This document shows positions 28,301 through 39,632 of a stretch of DNA of 64,000 bases, in pieces. Position 1 is the stretch's first letter, and every line of letters begins with the position of its first letter. The translations under genes were made by a program, and so were the position numbers. Source of the DNA: Octopus vulgaris (taxonomy: Eukaryota); the NCBI GenBank assembly GCA_951406725.2, contig OX597819.1:108624001-108688000 (forward strand), written 5' to 3'. The notes below the pieces were generated by a model. The model saw only the letters and a program-made list of their open reading frames with translations. It had not been told where the DNA came from and searched no databases.

Positions 28301-31300
28301 CTCTGGCCACTCTGCATTCAGGACATCCACTCCCACTGTTGATTTGGTCAACAGAAGCTATCAATTACTTCTAGCATAAGGTGGTGAGCTGGCAGAAACG
28401 TTAGCACGCTGGGCGAAATGCTTAGCGGTTTTTCGTCTGTATTTACGTTCTGAGTTCAAATTCCGCCAAGGTCGACTTTGCCTTTCATCCTTTTGGGGTC
28501 GATAAATTAAGTACCAGTTGCGTACTGGGGTCGTTGTATTCGACTTAATCCCTTTGTCTGTCCTTGTTTGTCCCTTCTATGTTTAGCCCCTTGTGGGTAA
28601 TAAAGAAATAAGAAGCTATCAATTACTTCTAGCAAACTTTCATGGATACTGTTACTTATATAGGTAGCAAAAGTTACTTATATAGGTAGACTGTGAGATG
28701 CATGTACATGAAGTGCAGGCACAGACATTGAAAATGGAGAATATGTTACAGCTGTAAAGAAATGCAGCAAGCATCCTTCTCTGGATCTGTAATGTCATGT
28801 TGTTTCTTATCCCTGCTGGCCTGTTTCACTGGTTTCAATAGAGTATCAGCAGCTCTCTTTCCAATGCTGCTGTGGTAGTTTGAACCTGAAAAGGCATTTC
28901 TCAATTTATTCAGTTCACCTAACTGTAAATAGGTAGCATGGTGAAGAAGGGATCATTGGTATGAATCCCTGACAATGAAAGATGCTAAAAATAAAATTTA
29001 AAATCTTAGACATAACATTATAGAGAGCTGATAACCTTTAATCTTGAATTACACAAATGACTGCTTAAGTACGAGGTGGTATCGAAAAGTTTCTAGGCTA
29101 GTTCTGTAGTGCACCAACAGATGGCAGCACATGGTTGCGTGTGCTGTGAGTGGTAGCAGTGACCTTCATGAGGCAGTGTGCTGAGTGACAGCACTGTGTT
29201 TACTTCAGAAGTTGTGTTTTTGTGCTCACGTGTATGCTGTAGTCTGCAATTTTGTCATGGACAGGAAGTTGGAACAAAGAGCCAACATGAAATTTTGCAT
29301 TAAACTTGGGAAGTCTACTACAAAGACATTGAGCATGCTTTGGCAAATTTACAGTGATGAGGCAATGGATCATATGCAATGTTTTGAGTGGCCTGGGCAC
29401 TTCAACAGTGGAAGAACATCCCTCGAAGACAGTGAGCAATGTGGAAGACCTACCACGAGCATCAACCCCAGAAATATGGTATTGTGCATCATGAATTCGT
29501 CCCCCAGGACCAGACCATCAATCAAGAGTTCTACTGCAAGATTTTGAAGCATTTGAAGGAGGACACTCAGCAAAAGCAACTGGATCTGTGGGTCGCTAAG
29601 AATGGGTTTCTTGCCAAAAACAACATGTTATGGTTTCTGCACCCACCCTACTGCCAGATTTAGCATCTGCAGACTTCCATCTCTTCCCCAAGATGTAAAT
29701 GCAGTTCAGTGGTTGCCGTTTTAACACAATTGTTGAGATCCAAAATGAATCACAGAAGGTCTTTGACAAGCTTGCAGAAAACAACTTCCAGGCTGGATTC
29801 CAAAAGTGACAGAAACGCTGGGACCAGTGTATTGCTGCACAAGATGATTTTTTCGAAGGAGTTGATGTTAAAACTTTGGTAAATAAGTTATCTTTTATTA
29901 AACATAACTAGTCCAGGAACTTTTTGATACCACCTCATATAGCAGGAACAGAATTACCATGTTCAAGGAATTTAATCTTAGTATTACAGTTACTACCAAT
30001 ATAGACATTAATATCTTCCTAGGTATAGCACTAAACCAAGCCATAAAGAAAGCTTATATAATTAAAGGTTCTAAACATTCTCTTGGTATAAAAAACATTT
30101 TAGTCAACAATACAGGTAGCATTATATCCAACATATCTTCAGATAATACAACCTTCAAAATAACAATTAGTGCAAGTGGATTTCGTGAAAAATTGGTCTA
30201 TTGATCAAACAGGCTCAGCAATAGAACAAACATAGGAAACAACATCATCTAGTTTAACTTGCCTTCTGCAAACAGTTTAGAAATAAACACGGCTACAAAT
30301 TCCTTAGCCTTCATTTAAAAGAATACTTCCCAGTCAATTATAAATACTACAAATTGTTTAACAAAAGTAGCATCTAGGTCAGTTACTATTGTACAAAATT
30401 GTTGGCAATTTGAAGGACCAGTCTGAACAAACCCCCAAGAAGTCAAGTGAAACTACAAGACAAAGCAAACTTAGTACCTCCATCATAGAAAAGACTTAAC
30501 AAAAGGAATTATCTATAAATTTGGTCAGTCTGCTCAAAATTGCTCAGATTAGTTTATCATGCATATGGAAAAATAAATCTTATATTTATATGAGTGAAAA
30601 CAACTTTAAAGCTACTCTTGCAATTATAAATTCTACATCAGGCACAAGAAAGAATGTCCTCTTTGTGTGGCACTTGCACCATATAATAAATGAACTAACA
30701 GACATTTCAAGCAAAAAGACAGAAATATTATTAAAATGTCATCACCAGTTTTGGTGATGCCAATTACCGAAAGTTTACAATATATTGTCTTATGGTATTG
30801 AATGCAAATAATAATTTTGTTAGCCCTGGAAACATCTTTTCACTGACATAACATCTAATGATTGTCTCTAATAAAATAAAACCTGGAATATTTTGTGTGT
30901 GTGTGTGTATGCATATGAATCTACACACAAACACATTATTCATTACTATTTTTTTAGTTGCACTTGTTTAGCAAATAATTTGATCTGAGATCATGTATTT
31001 TCATAGTACATTTAAAACCTAGCCATTGAAGCTCCATTTGCTGGACTATACACACAATTGTATCACATATAGTCACTGTTGCTATAAAAAAATACACATG
31101 TACTGTTGTGCTCCCTTTTATTTTATTATTTTGTAATATGAATGTGTCAGTATGTTTGCATTTGTGTTGTACAAAAGTCATCAGGAGCTACAAGCAGTAT
31201 TGTTATAGCCTCTCCCCTATCAAGAAATTGTCTTGCTTGCTTTATGAAAATATGTGAAATAAGAGATCTCTTATTTGTAAATGGTTAGCAACAGGAAAGG

Positions 31301-34300
31301 CATCCAGCTGTAGAAAGAAGCAGTTTCTTAATAGTATATCCATCTAGCCCATACTACCATGGAAAAATAGATGTAAAAATGAATGAACAAACTAGCAGGG
31401 TTTGTAGAATTACACATTTTATAAAAATTTGTATTTCTATTTTGATGCATAAATTTATAGATCTTCATACCATTATTTCATTACATTAAAGAATTCAGTT
31501 ACATCTTCCATTTCATTCCTTATGTCAACTTGTTTAAAGCATAGCACATAAACTTGTTTCATTATATTAAAGCATTCATTTCTGAGTTAAGCTTGTTTAA
31601 AATTTGAACACACGAATACTATGAGAAGCAGCATAATGTCTTAGTTTTTGGCATCAAAGTCTTTAGTAATATGTTTATGATTTAGTCACTCATACTCAGC
31701 TACTTTATTTGAAATAGAGGGAAATAGTATGTCAGGGGCTGGAATACAATTTAATAATCAAAGACTAATACATAATAAGGTGAAAGTAAATATAACAATG
31801 TATGTGTGTTTTTTTTAATCTCTTAGCATTTAAACTGGCCTTATCTGGCCCAAATATTCTACTTGTTTTACGGTCAGTCATTGGAAAGCATTAGAATAAT
31901 CTGAATGCTAAAGGCTTCAGTGTCTCTAGCATGATGATATAGTTTGTTGTTATTATTTTCATATTTTTAAGATTCTTATTCCTTCACTTTCAGGTGTCTG
32001 CCAAGGATTTCCTTGCCTTCCCGTCACCTAGTAAACTTTTACAAATGGGTACTGCTGATACAATAACAAAAAACATTAAAGCAGAACTTGGGGTGAGTGA
32101 CACACCCTCTACTTTGGGGTGGTGGTCGTTGTTGCTATATATTGTGAATAATTGTATATAAGATTGCTTAAAGGTATCGTGATGGTGGTAGTTGTAGGAG
32201 TGTGGTTTTTGTGTGATTGTTTATTGTGCGTATGCTAGCTTCGATTAAGTACACTATGTTCCTGCATGTCTTAAAAAGCAATTAAAAGAGTTTTTGATGT
32301 GAAGGACAGTAAAAATTTGCTTCTGAGAACTTGTCAACTCATACCAGCATGGAAAGGAGAATGTAAAGCAATGGTGACGATTTTTCTGTGGTGACTATTG
32401 TAGCATGGTATCCTGCTTTGTAAAGTTGTTACTGTTGTGTTGTAGCCTTTGATGTTGGATAAAGCAGTGTGTTGATTGGTATACTAGTGTTGTGCTTGGT
32501 TATAGTCATGTAGTGACTAGTGCGTGGTGGTTGGTTAAGCTGTAACAATATAAATGCAAACATATTATAACTGTAGAACCCACCAACTCATGTGAACATG
32601 AAAGTAATAAATGTTCAATAGTAAAATAAATTATAAAATAGCAACATTTGTGTGTAAGTAGGAGCAGGTGAGAGGGAATAATTTTCAAAACTGCATACTC
32701 TTACTTTAGCCAAGTACCAAATGTAGATGTCAAGAAGGGAGTGTAGAAGAGGGCAAGTTGGCTGCAATGGACAGAAATAAAAGATAGCTTTAGAAAATAT
32801 GGACAGCAGTGATTCTCGGTAGTTTTGACTTCATGATCTATGGAAGTCAAGTTAAAAAAAAAAACCATTAGCACATTTCACATGTTAAAATGGAACTTTT
32901 AAAGTTAAAACTTCAGAAAAAGTATATTAAAAATTATTGCTTATCCTGTATTATTAATCATCACCATCATGATTTTAATGTTGGACAGAATTCCTTGAGG
33001 CAGATTTTCTACAGCTTGATGCTCTTCCTGTCACCAACCCTCACCTGTTTCCAAGAAAGGCAATATTTGTCCTTGGTTGGACATGTTTTGATTGAAAATG
33101 AAGGGCATCACTTATATGTTGATGCTCATTTACAAATGTCACACGCTGTCAAAATTTGAAGACTGAGACAGACACTCATGCATACACATTCTTTTATTCA
33201 TTTCAACCATGCAGCTGGAGCACCATCTTGGTTTTTAAACCACATCACATAAGTATACACCTATGGACAGGTTTCTTTCAGTTTCTGTCTACCAAATCCA
33301 CTCACAAGACTTTGCTCAACCCAGGACTATAGTAGAAGACACTTGCTGTGTGGTGGGGCTGAACCCGAAACCATGTGGTTGGAAAGCAAACTTCTCAAGC
33401 ACACAGCTGTGCATTCACTTAACATGCTTGTGTATAACAATATTATGAATGACAGGTTTTTAAAGATACTTAAGCATTAGTGTGGATTTTCTATAGACAT
33501 AAATTATATTCTCAAAATTCTGCAGCACACCTCCACACCTTATATGAAGCACTGGTACACACTCCTTTAATAACTGAATTCTGATTGTGCAGATTCTAGT
33601 ATTGACCTAAAAATGTGTTGAGTTTAGAGTTGACTTAAGAATAGCGAAATCAAAGATTCCATTCAAGTTTACTATTGCTGAAATACTTCTGTTTCTGCTA
33701 TTCAATTCAGTTATCTTACCATTTTCTTCAACTATTTCAGGAATCTTGTACAAATGTTGATGATGTTGTTAAAACTTTCTTAAAGGTAAGTCCTTGTGTT
33801 GTTTGTGAACTTGACTCAGCTTGGTTTTTTAGCTGTAATAAACACTACTTGTTTTGTTAAGAAAAGATGATACTGATATTGTTTAGCCTTAGATCAGCTC
33901 TGACTGTGCAGGTTTATGATCAAAAGCATTCCTACCATGACCATCCACAATCTCTCAGATGGTGTTTGTTATTAACTTGGGTATACATTATACCGTGTTC
34001 CTCCTTTTTCAAAATAGCAGGTTGTAATCTAAGGGAGTTTCACTGCTATTTCTAGATTGTCAAACAACTGTGGAGACCCTTTCATTTGCTCTAGCTCTCT
34101 TCAGCTTGGTTGTGTGTGTATGACTGATTACCAAGGTAATATCTCAGACTGCACACCTTCACATACACACTGTCATATTCATTCATGTTTACATGTGCAT
34201 ATTTATAAACGCCTGCTTGAATATGTAATCATTATAATATGGTGATAAGCTCCCAGCATGCATGCTATGTTCACAACTTGGTTTCATCTCTTAGTTGAAC

Positions 34301-37300
34301 AATGTGTACCCATGTTAGAAAACATTGTTATTAATACGAGTGTAATGAGGGTGAGGATTGACAGAGCCTGGTAGTGTTTCTCACACCTCTTTACATTCTA
34401 AGTTCAAATCCCACCATGGCCAACTTTGCCTTTCATCCTTTCAGGGTTGATAAAATAAAGTACTAGTCAAGTACTGGGGGTCAATATAATTGACTAATAC
34501 CTTCCCCTCTAAAATTGCTGACCTTGTACCCAAATTAGAAACCATTAACAGAAAGGGAATAGATTGCAGAATCAGTAGAGTTCCAGGCAAAATCCTACTA
34601 CTACACAAATTGTAAAAAAAGAATATCTGAGCATTGGAATAAAGGCATTATAGTAAATTCTGAGCACAAATCCCACCAGGCTTGACTTGGTCTTCCATCC
34701 CAAAAGTTAATTCTATAAAGTACTGGGTGGCTGCACCTCTCCCTCAAATTTTGTGACCTAGTGATTCAGTTCAAAAACAGATGTTACTGCTACAGCTACT
34801 GTTGTGGTAATAAACACTGTTTGTTTAGATTCATTTATGTGAACTCCATGGTAAATAATCTCTGTGCTTGTAGTATAAAAACAGGAGAGGACTTTCTAAA
34901 TCCTTCCAAAATATGAAAAAATATGTTTGTAAAAAGGTATCAATTGTTAAAATTTATATTACTGATATTACAAAAATAAAGTGGGGCATATTAGGAAATA
35001 GTGTTACGAAGTAAATGCTGGCCACATATTCAACTGGCTATATATACCAGAGATCTGTGTTAAAGAGTGGGAATGTCTTGTAACTCTGAAGCACTAACTT
35101 AACAGATGTTTTGTTAGCATGAACTGCTAAATTAATGAACTCCATGGGCACTATGGCACTCTAGAAATAGCAACCATATTGTCCTCAAATCTTACCATAC
35201 TATTTCAAAAGACTGAATGGTTATAGCTATTGTAGGTCTGCTCAGTTAGGGTTAACCTAGTACTACAAAGCAACAATTATAGTCACCATATTAAATACTA
35301 TAGATATTGTGAGAGACTGCTTTGTGACCTGCTGGAAAAAGCAGCCAAATTTCTTTCAAATCACATTGTAATGTTTAAAAAATAAAGGAAAGACATATTA
35401 GATAATGTAGTTCTAGATACACCAAATACAGATGGGAAGGTTACAACAGCAACACATTTAACCATTGATAGTTCTGTGATATTTGGGCCAACCTGGAGCT
35501 AGACAACAACCCTAGATACACTACATGAGCTAAAGTCTTCAACAGTACACTTATGATCAACTGATTTGCAGGACTTGCCTACATACTATGTTATGTTTAT
35601 AGTGTTCTATAGTTTTGTCACTGGAATTTTGTATTACAATTGCTTTCAATATTTATCCTTGTATTGTAATTTCCATGTTTCTTCATTAACAGATAGCATC
35701 TGTTGTGGATACTCAAAATGAAAAGTTAAAGAAAGCTGCCAACCAGTGTACAGGTAAGTTGTTCTTGGATTCCTTTGAATTATACAACAGGGTTATTTAT
35801 TGCAAAATTAACCTGCTTTTTTCATTGACCATCTTAGATGTTCTTTGATGTTTATATATTGTCCCTTTCCAATATATAATTCATGCTAAATTCAGTGCCC
35901 AAATCCTGCCTGAATTTGGACACTGAACCCTGACATAATGAACTGGATACCAGAGTGCATCGTGTCCAGTTCTTTACTCACTGCACCAACTCAGCTGTTT
36001 TACATCTATTTGAAACAGTGATTTTTTTTTCTATAGATACAAAACATTATCTTTGTAGTTGATGTGGAAAATGGGTTGATGTCATGCTCATAGTTTTCAT
36101 GAAAGCAATATAAATGAAATCTGAATTAGTAACAGTTGGATAATTAACTTGCAGACTTTGCTTCCTTTTAAACTTAGCTGGAAGCTAACTCCTCTTCATA
36201 TGTATTTGATAAAACTATTTTCTCTGTTCTCTTTGTAGATTCCTTATTTTCAGAGCTTTTAAAAGCAAATCCAGAAGTAAATACCTCATTATTATTCAAC
36301 TCACTCTTAGTCCACATGGGTTTACTTAAGGTAAGTTCAGTAAGTTAATCCTACTGATAACAGTATTGTTTATTTGATAGTATTTACTATATAGGTTACA
36401 TATAATTATTCTATTCTAGCTGTAAACACTTCTCAGTGAGTTAACTCTTAATCAGGTTGCATCTAATGGTACCACTATTACTTATAACTATTCTAACCAT
36501 TAACCCTGTTGTTAATGATTTGTCCATATTCACATTTCAGTTGGTAGTACTGTGTAACACTTGCTGTTAACTATTGAGTACTACTACTTATGACTGTCCA
36601 AATTATTAAACTTTGTTATCTGTGCATTAACCCTTTCTTATTACTGCCAAAGTATTTTACTGTGTACATCTCCGTTTTTAGAATAGGTACACCATGTCTT
36701 TACATGCCACAAAAGGCATCTAAGTGGTTAACATTCAGTGAGTGGCATTCAACTATAAAACACTGTCTCCAAAAGTCCTACCCAACCCATCTCAGTATAG
36801 AGATGCAGATATGAGTAGCATAGGCTAACTTGCAGTAGTTTTATGAATTAGTATGGCATATTTAAATTTCTGATTACATAAACATAACATATTAAAATTT
36901 TGTAACCTAGTCTTCTGGTTCTGATAATGTGAGCAATTTCAGTTTTCCTCTCTCTCACTTGGATCAAATTTTTATTATTTACACAATGCAAAACATGATG
37001 CTTTCTTTACCACACATAATGTTTGTTAAATTCTATTTTTCTTTGTAACGATGTGTAATATATGGTGTACTCAGTACTATATGTGATCTTTGTTAAACTA
37101 TTGCTTCAGTGATGTCACCTGATTTAAAATGAGCAATGTCTCATAAGGCTTGCTACAAGAAAAGTCTGCATGTGTTTGATGTAATAGTTATCATTACACT
37201 TGTGTGTGTGGATTCAGAGTTTGCTTTAAAATCACAGTTTCAAATCCTGTCTCACTGTGACACCTTGAGTAAATGTATTCTACTGTAGCTTCAAGCAACC

Positions 37301-38765
37301 AATGCCTTGTGAGTGAAATTTTCAAAAGCTGTATGTGTGTTTTATCATGTACTTGAAAGACAAATGACAAAGTTGGCCTCAGCAGGATTTTGAATTCAGA
37401 ATGTAATAGAAAGGAACTAAAAGAACCACAAGTCATTTTGTCTGATGCTCTACCATTTCTGCTGGCCCAGAGGTGTTACTGTTATGTGCAATTATTAAAA
37501 TAAATTTTGATGTGAATTTAAAACCTAAAGCTGATGTTGACTATGTGGGTTCCATTCCTACTTCATGGTTAACTAGTGAACAATAAGACATCAAAGTGTG
37601 AAAAACATAATCCAGAACAAAATCCAACCTACTCTGTCCACTGTTAAGAGAAAAAGAAATAAGTGTAAGATAGTAAAAACGAAATTTTTATAAATGTTTT
37701 TGATGGTATTGACCATTTATTAAATATGTTGGTTTTTCTTTTTAAAAGGGAGAAGACAAGAAATATAAATCACCTGGAGACCTCAATGGCACCTTGATAG
37801 TTCTAGAACATTGTGTACAACAGGCTTACTTCCCGAGCTCTGGGCGAGATATTCTCAGTGCATTCATTAGCCGGTGAGTAATAGTAGTAGTATGACAACA
37901 ACAGCAGCATCTTTGCCTTCTTCTTCTTTGTCTTCATCATCATCTTCTTCAGATTACTATCACCTCCACATGGGTGAATGAATTTATAGATTATTTTTCC
38001 AATGCTCCTCTTATAACTATGTTACTTTTAGTAGTTACTTTACTTCATCTCTTCCCTAGCAACTACTTAGCATCATCACATCATCTCCAACATATCATCT
38101 TCCCTGGTAACCATTGAAATTTAACTGTCTGTCAATTTGCCCCCGTTTTTATTTCTCTGTTAGTGTTTCTGTTATGTCACATCCCATTGAAACCATTGGA
38201 AAGCCATCCATTTGTTTGTTTGTCTCTTCTCTCTATATACCTATCGACCTACCATCTTGTCTTAACAGTTTGGCTCAGCTTCAATATCTGTGGGGTTGAA
38301 TCATCTGTTACTAAATACATGATGTACTGAGTGCTGTTTTGTTTTCTTTGTTCATTCACTTGTGTGTGTGTGTGTGTACTGTATATAAATTTTTTTCTTC
38401 AGAACGAGATAAAAAAACCAAGACTCTGAAGATTTTAGAACATTTATAAATAGAAGGTCTTACAGCTGTTTCCAGGATATTTATTATATCCCTTCATTGG
38501 AGACGGTGTGAGAAAATGGTTAAGCAATAGTTAATTTAGATAAGATATGAAATAGAGAGTGAAGTGGAGGAATGAAAATAGATGTGAGATATGCAAGGAT
38601 ATTGCATTTCTAGATCCATATATATATACACACACACATCTGTCTATATCTGTTTACTCGTCAGTAAGCACTTCAATATATTTCTATATTTGCAGGCCAT
38701 CCACGATGTTAGAAAACTGTAGCGAAATGCAGCACAAGTTTTTGCAGACTGTCAACAAATTTTGA
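671..38765 (+). CDS. RANGAP1: Ran GTPase-activating protein 1, 17 coding exons, 595 aa: join(671..833,3642..3769,8919..8978,10298..10477,11931..12065,12157..12315,14048..14161,16483..16582,17593..17677,19843..19939,21101..21175,31994..32092,33741..33785,35693..35753,36239..36330,37749..37873,38696..38765)
   Basis: Spliced translation has RanGAP hallmarks [51 protein letters not shown], a poly-D/E tract, FLAFPSP and [12 protein letters not shown]. All introns are GT..AG with matching phases; total 1788 nt. Confidence 0.97.
1707..1782. mobile_element. Tiny MITE-like element with an internal (TAACCC)2
   Basis: Inverted ends AGGTAAAGAATA / TATTCTTTACCT. Confidence 0.45.
3642..3769 (+). CDS. RANGAP1: RanGAP1 exon 2 ([43 protein letters not shown])
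   Basis: tatag| acceptor, |gtaagt donor, LRR motif LRLDGNTVG. Confidence 0.95.
5076..6185 (-). mobile_element. Older Helitron-like element with a nested RTE 3' fragment
   Basis: A|TCTTATAATAA start, degenerate hairpin near 5085-5102 and CTAG|T end. Confidence 0.55.
8146..8555 (-). mobile_element. Penelope-like element relic: about 90-bp inverted arms, one-sided tail, 12-bp TSD
   Basis: Arms 8145-8235 and 8420-8510; TCATTTTAATAT at 8134-8145 and 8556-8567; hammerhead-like motif in the loop. Confidence 0.7.
8303..8362 (-). ncRNA. Degenerate minimal type I hammerhead ribozyme motif
   Basis: TTGACAA-GAGA(caataa)TCTC-GAAA-CTGCAG-TC; two changes from the CUGANGA core. Confidence 0.55.
8919..8978 (+). 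CDS. RANGAP1: RanGAP1 exon 3 ([20 protein letters not shown])
   Basis: ttctag| acceptor, |gtatgt donor, conserved DMFTGR. Confidence 0.96.
9384..9508 (+). repeat. Exact 125-bp direct duplicate of 10212..10336 (intron 3 end plus first 39 nt of exon 4)
   Basis: Base-by-base identity from ccttctgtaactttggccc to gcaggagctcat. Confidence 0.95.
10298..10477 (+). CDS. RANGAP1: RanGAP1 exon 4 ([25 protein letters not shown]...[12 protein letters not shown])
   Basis: ttccag| acceptor, |gtaatt donor, 180 nt. Confidence 0.96.
11931..12065 (+). CDS. RANGAP1: RanGAP1 exon 5 ([11 protein letters not shown]...[18 protein letters not shown])
   Basis: ttgtag| acceptor, |gtagac donor, GRNRLEN motif. Confidence 0.96.
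12157..12315 (+). CDS. RANGAP1: RanGAP1 exon 6 ([15 protein letters not shown]...[15 protein letters not shown])
   Basis: ttgcag| acceptor, |gtaagt donor; follows a 91-nt intron. Confidence 0.96.
14048..14161 (+). CDS. RANGAP1: RanGAP1 exon 7 ([38 protein letters not shown])
   Basis: ctctag| acceptor, |gtgagt donor. Confidence 0.95.
14435..14825 (-). mobile_element. RTE 3'UTR fragment; related copies at about 3325-3490(+), 5262-5577(+), 6998-7350(-), 9742-10130(-), 19414-19510(-), 22580-23030(+), 26281-26470(-), 27040-27252(-), 44085-44362(-), 55166-55360(-), 55580-55765(+)
   Basis: Shared core ctggatgcccttcctaacgccaaccac and (CAT)n tail matching the 3' end of the 53-55 kb RTE. Confidence 0.8.
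16483..16582 (+). CDS. RANGAP1: RanGAP1 exon 8 ([33 protein letters not shown])
   Basis: ttgtag| acceptor, G|gtaaag donor, phase 1, LRR pattern. Confidence 0.93.
17593..17677 (+). CDS. RANGAP1: RanGAP1 exon 9 ([29 protein letters not shown])
   Basis: tttcag| acceptor, AG|gtaagt donor, phase 2. Confidence 0.93.
18120..18922 (+). mobile_element. RTE LINE 3' fragment (ORF end plus repeat-bearing 3'UTR and tail)
   Basis: RLRWYGHV...[18 protein letters not shown], homologous to the 53-55 kb copy. Confidence 0.85.
19843..19939 (+). CDS. RANGAP1: RanGAP1 exon 10, acidic tract ([32 protein letters not shown])
   Basis: tctcag| acceptor, |gtgaga donor; poly-D/E tract typical of RanGAP. Confidence 0.93.
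20594..20814. mobile_element. piggyBac-type MITE
   Basis: 13-bp TIR CCCTTTCGTTACC / GGTAACGAAAGGG with TTAA on both sides. Confidence 0.85.
21101..21175 (+). CDS. RANGAP1: RanGAP1 exon 11 ([25 protein letters not shown])
   Basis: tgacag| acceptor, AAG|gtaata donor, 75 nt, phase 0/0, continues the acidic linker. Confidence 0.85.
25906..25995 (+). CDS. RANGAP1: Candidate alternative terminal exon of RanGAP1 ([29 protein letters not shown])
   Basis: Pyrimidine-rich acceptor ctgttttcctgttctgtttgcag|, phase 0 after exon 11, NES-like peptide, stop TAA; AATAAA at 26888 with a GT-rich element downstream. Confidence 0.55.
   Translation, partial: GDICDELEELSLKLEKTQICCDQLENTDL
26888..26938 (+). terminator. 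Candidate intronic polyadenylation site for the short RanGAP1 isoform
   Basis: AATAAA 26888-26893 followed about 30-45 nt later by GTTTGTTTTTGTTT. Confidence 0.4.
28377..28610 (+). mobile_element. SINE with a perfect 24-bp target-site duplication; degenerate family members at about 4600-5030, 11100-11310(-), 34350-34550, 50430-50770, 60400-60610(-)
   Basis: AGAAGCTATCAATTACTTCTAGCA at 28353-28376 and 28611-28634; B-box-like GAGTTCAAATTCC. Confidence 0.85.
29072..29937 (+). mobile_element. Internally deleted mariner-type DNA transposon
   Basis: About 32-bp imperfect TIRs (cgaggtggtatcgaaaagtt... / ...aactttttgataccacctca) flanked by TA; relic [37 protein letters not shown]. Confidence 0.9.
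29950..30860 (+). mobile_element. Decayed Penelope-like (RT/GIY-YIG) coding relic
   Basis: [11 protein letters not shown]....[11 protein letters not shown], then frameshifted NII.FN.PF....GYKFL and KLFNK....VSYYC resembling the PLE RT-linker region. Confidence 0.6.
31994..32092 (+). CDS. RANGAP1: RanGAP1 exon 12 ([33 protein letters not shown])
   Basis: tttcag| acceptor, |gtgagt donor; FLAFPSP begins the RanGAP1 C-terminal domain. Confidence 0.94.
33741..33785 (+). CDS. RANGAP1: RanGAP1 exon 13 ([15 protein letters not shown])
   Basis: tttcag| acceptor, AAG|gtaagt donor; resembles vertebrate VVSAFLK. Confidence 0.88.
35693..35753 (+). CDS. RANGAP1: RanGAP1 exon 14 ([20 protein letters not shown])
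   Basis: taacag| acceptor, G|gtaagt donor, phase 1. Confidence 0.87.
36239..36330 (+). CDS. RANGAP1: RanGAP1 exon 15 ([31 protein letters not shown])
   Basis: ttgtag| acceptor, |gtaagt donor; LLVHMGLLK carries the SUMO-acceptor lysine. Confidence 0.95.
37749..37873 (+). CDS. RANGAP1: RanGAP1 exon 16 ([41 protein letters not shown])
   Basis: taaaag| acceptor, CG|gtgagt donor; completes the LKGE SUMO consensus; VQQxYFP motif. Confidence 0.94.
38457..38504 (-). ncRNA. Degenerate minimal type I hammerhead ribozyme motif (Penelope-type)
   Basis: GTCT-CCAATGA-AGGGATAT(aataa)ATATCCTG-GAAA-CAGCTG-TA-AGAC: stem I, stem II and palindromic stem III all present. Confidence 0.6.
38696..38765 (+). CDS. 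RANGAP1: RanGAP1 exon 17, terminal ([23 protein letters not shown])
   Basis: ttgcag| acceptor, phase 2, TGA stop; resembles the vertebrate C-terminus LESCS...LQT. Confidence 0.92.
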
Positions 38766-39254
38766 GAAACCTTCTGCACTAATCACCACCACCACCACCA
38801 TCATCATCATCAACATCATCATCACCATCTTATTTACACACCCTTGTATTATCCACACACTTCTGCACTACACACCAGGATTGTTTATACAGTTGCCCAT
38901 CTCCCTCATCCCATTCTGACCTCATGAATGGAATGCTTTGGGAAAGCCATAATATTATTTACAGTGTATATATACACAACGAAAACATTAAATTAACACA
39001 TACAGGAAAACTAGAAAACAACAAAAAGGACAATTGGTAAAAAAATTTTAGTGAGACAATGAAAGGGATGTGATTTTCCCCAGAGACAGAATACAATGGC
39101 TGTAGCTACTGTAAGATTCGAACTGGTTACAATGTGAACTTTAGTGATCAAGTTCTTTATCTTGCTTTACAGTCATTTATGTCTTCTTTCAGTTTTCTCA
39201 ATTTGGAAATATTTCTTTTTCGCAGTTGGCCATAAAACATGGTTGTTGCAGTGA

Positions 39255-39260
39255 AATAAA
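39255..39260 (+). terminator. Candidate polyadenylation signal of full-length RanGAP1
   Basis: AATAAA about 490 nt after the stop; ATTAAA at about 38987 is an alternative. Confidence 0.4.
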
Positions 39261-39632
39261 AAAATTTTTTTTTTTCAATTCTGAGAATTGTCAAACGGCT
39301 ATAAAGAAATTTAAAAATAACGTTCAGTGTATTTCTCTGTGATCCTCTCTGGCTGTCTCTTTCTTTCAATTTCTTATACTTGCATAAGTCATACAGAATT
39401 TCTTGAGACAGCATGGCCAGATGCCCTTCCTGTCATCAGCCTTCACCTATTTCCAGGCATGTTTTTCAGTGAAGATTGGAAATGAATGAATCATTTGTAT
39501 GATGCTAGCTTGTATGTTTTTATATGTATATATATTGCAATTCAAATTATTAGCAAGATGTAATTAAAACTCATGTAAACAAGAAAATACTAATTTAGTA
39601 CATTTACGACCCATAATTACGCAATTACCAGA

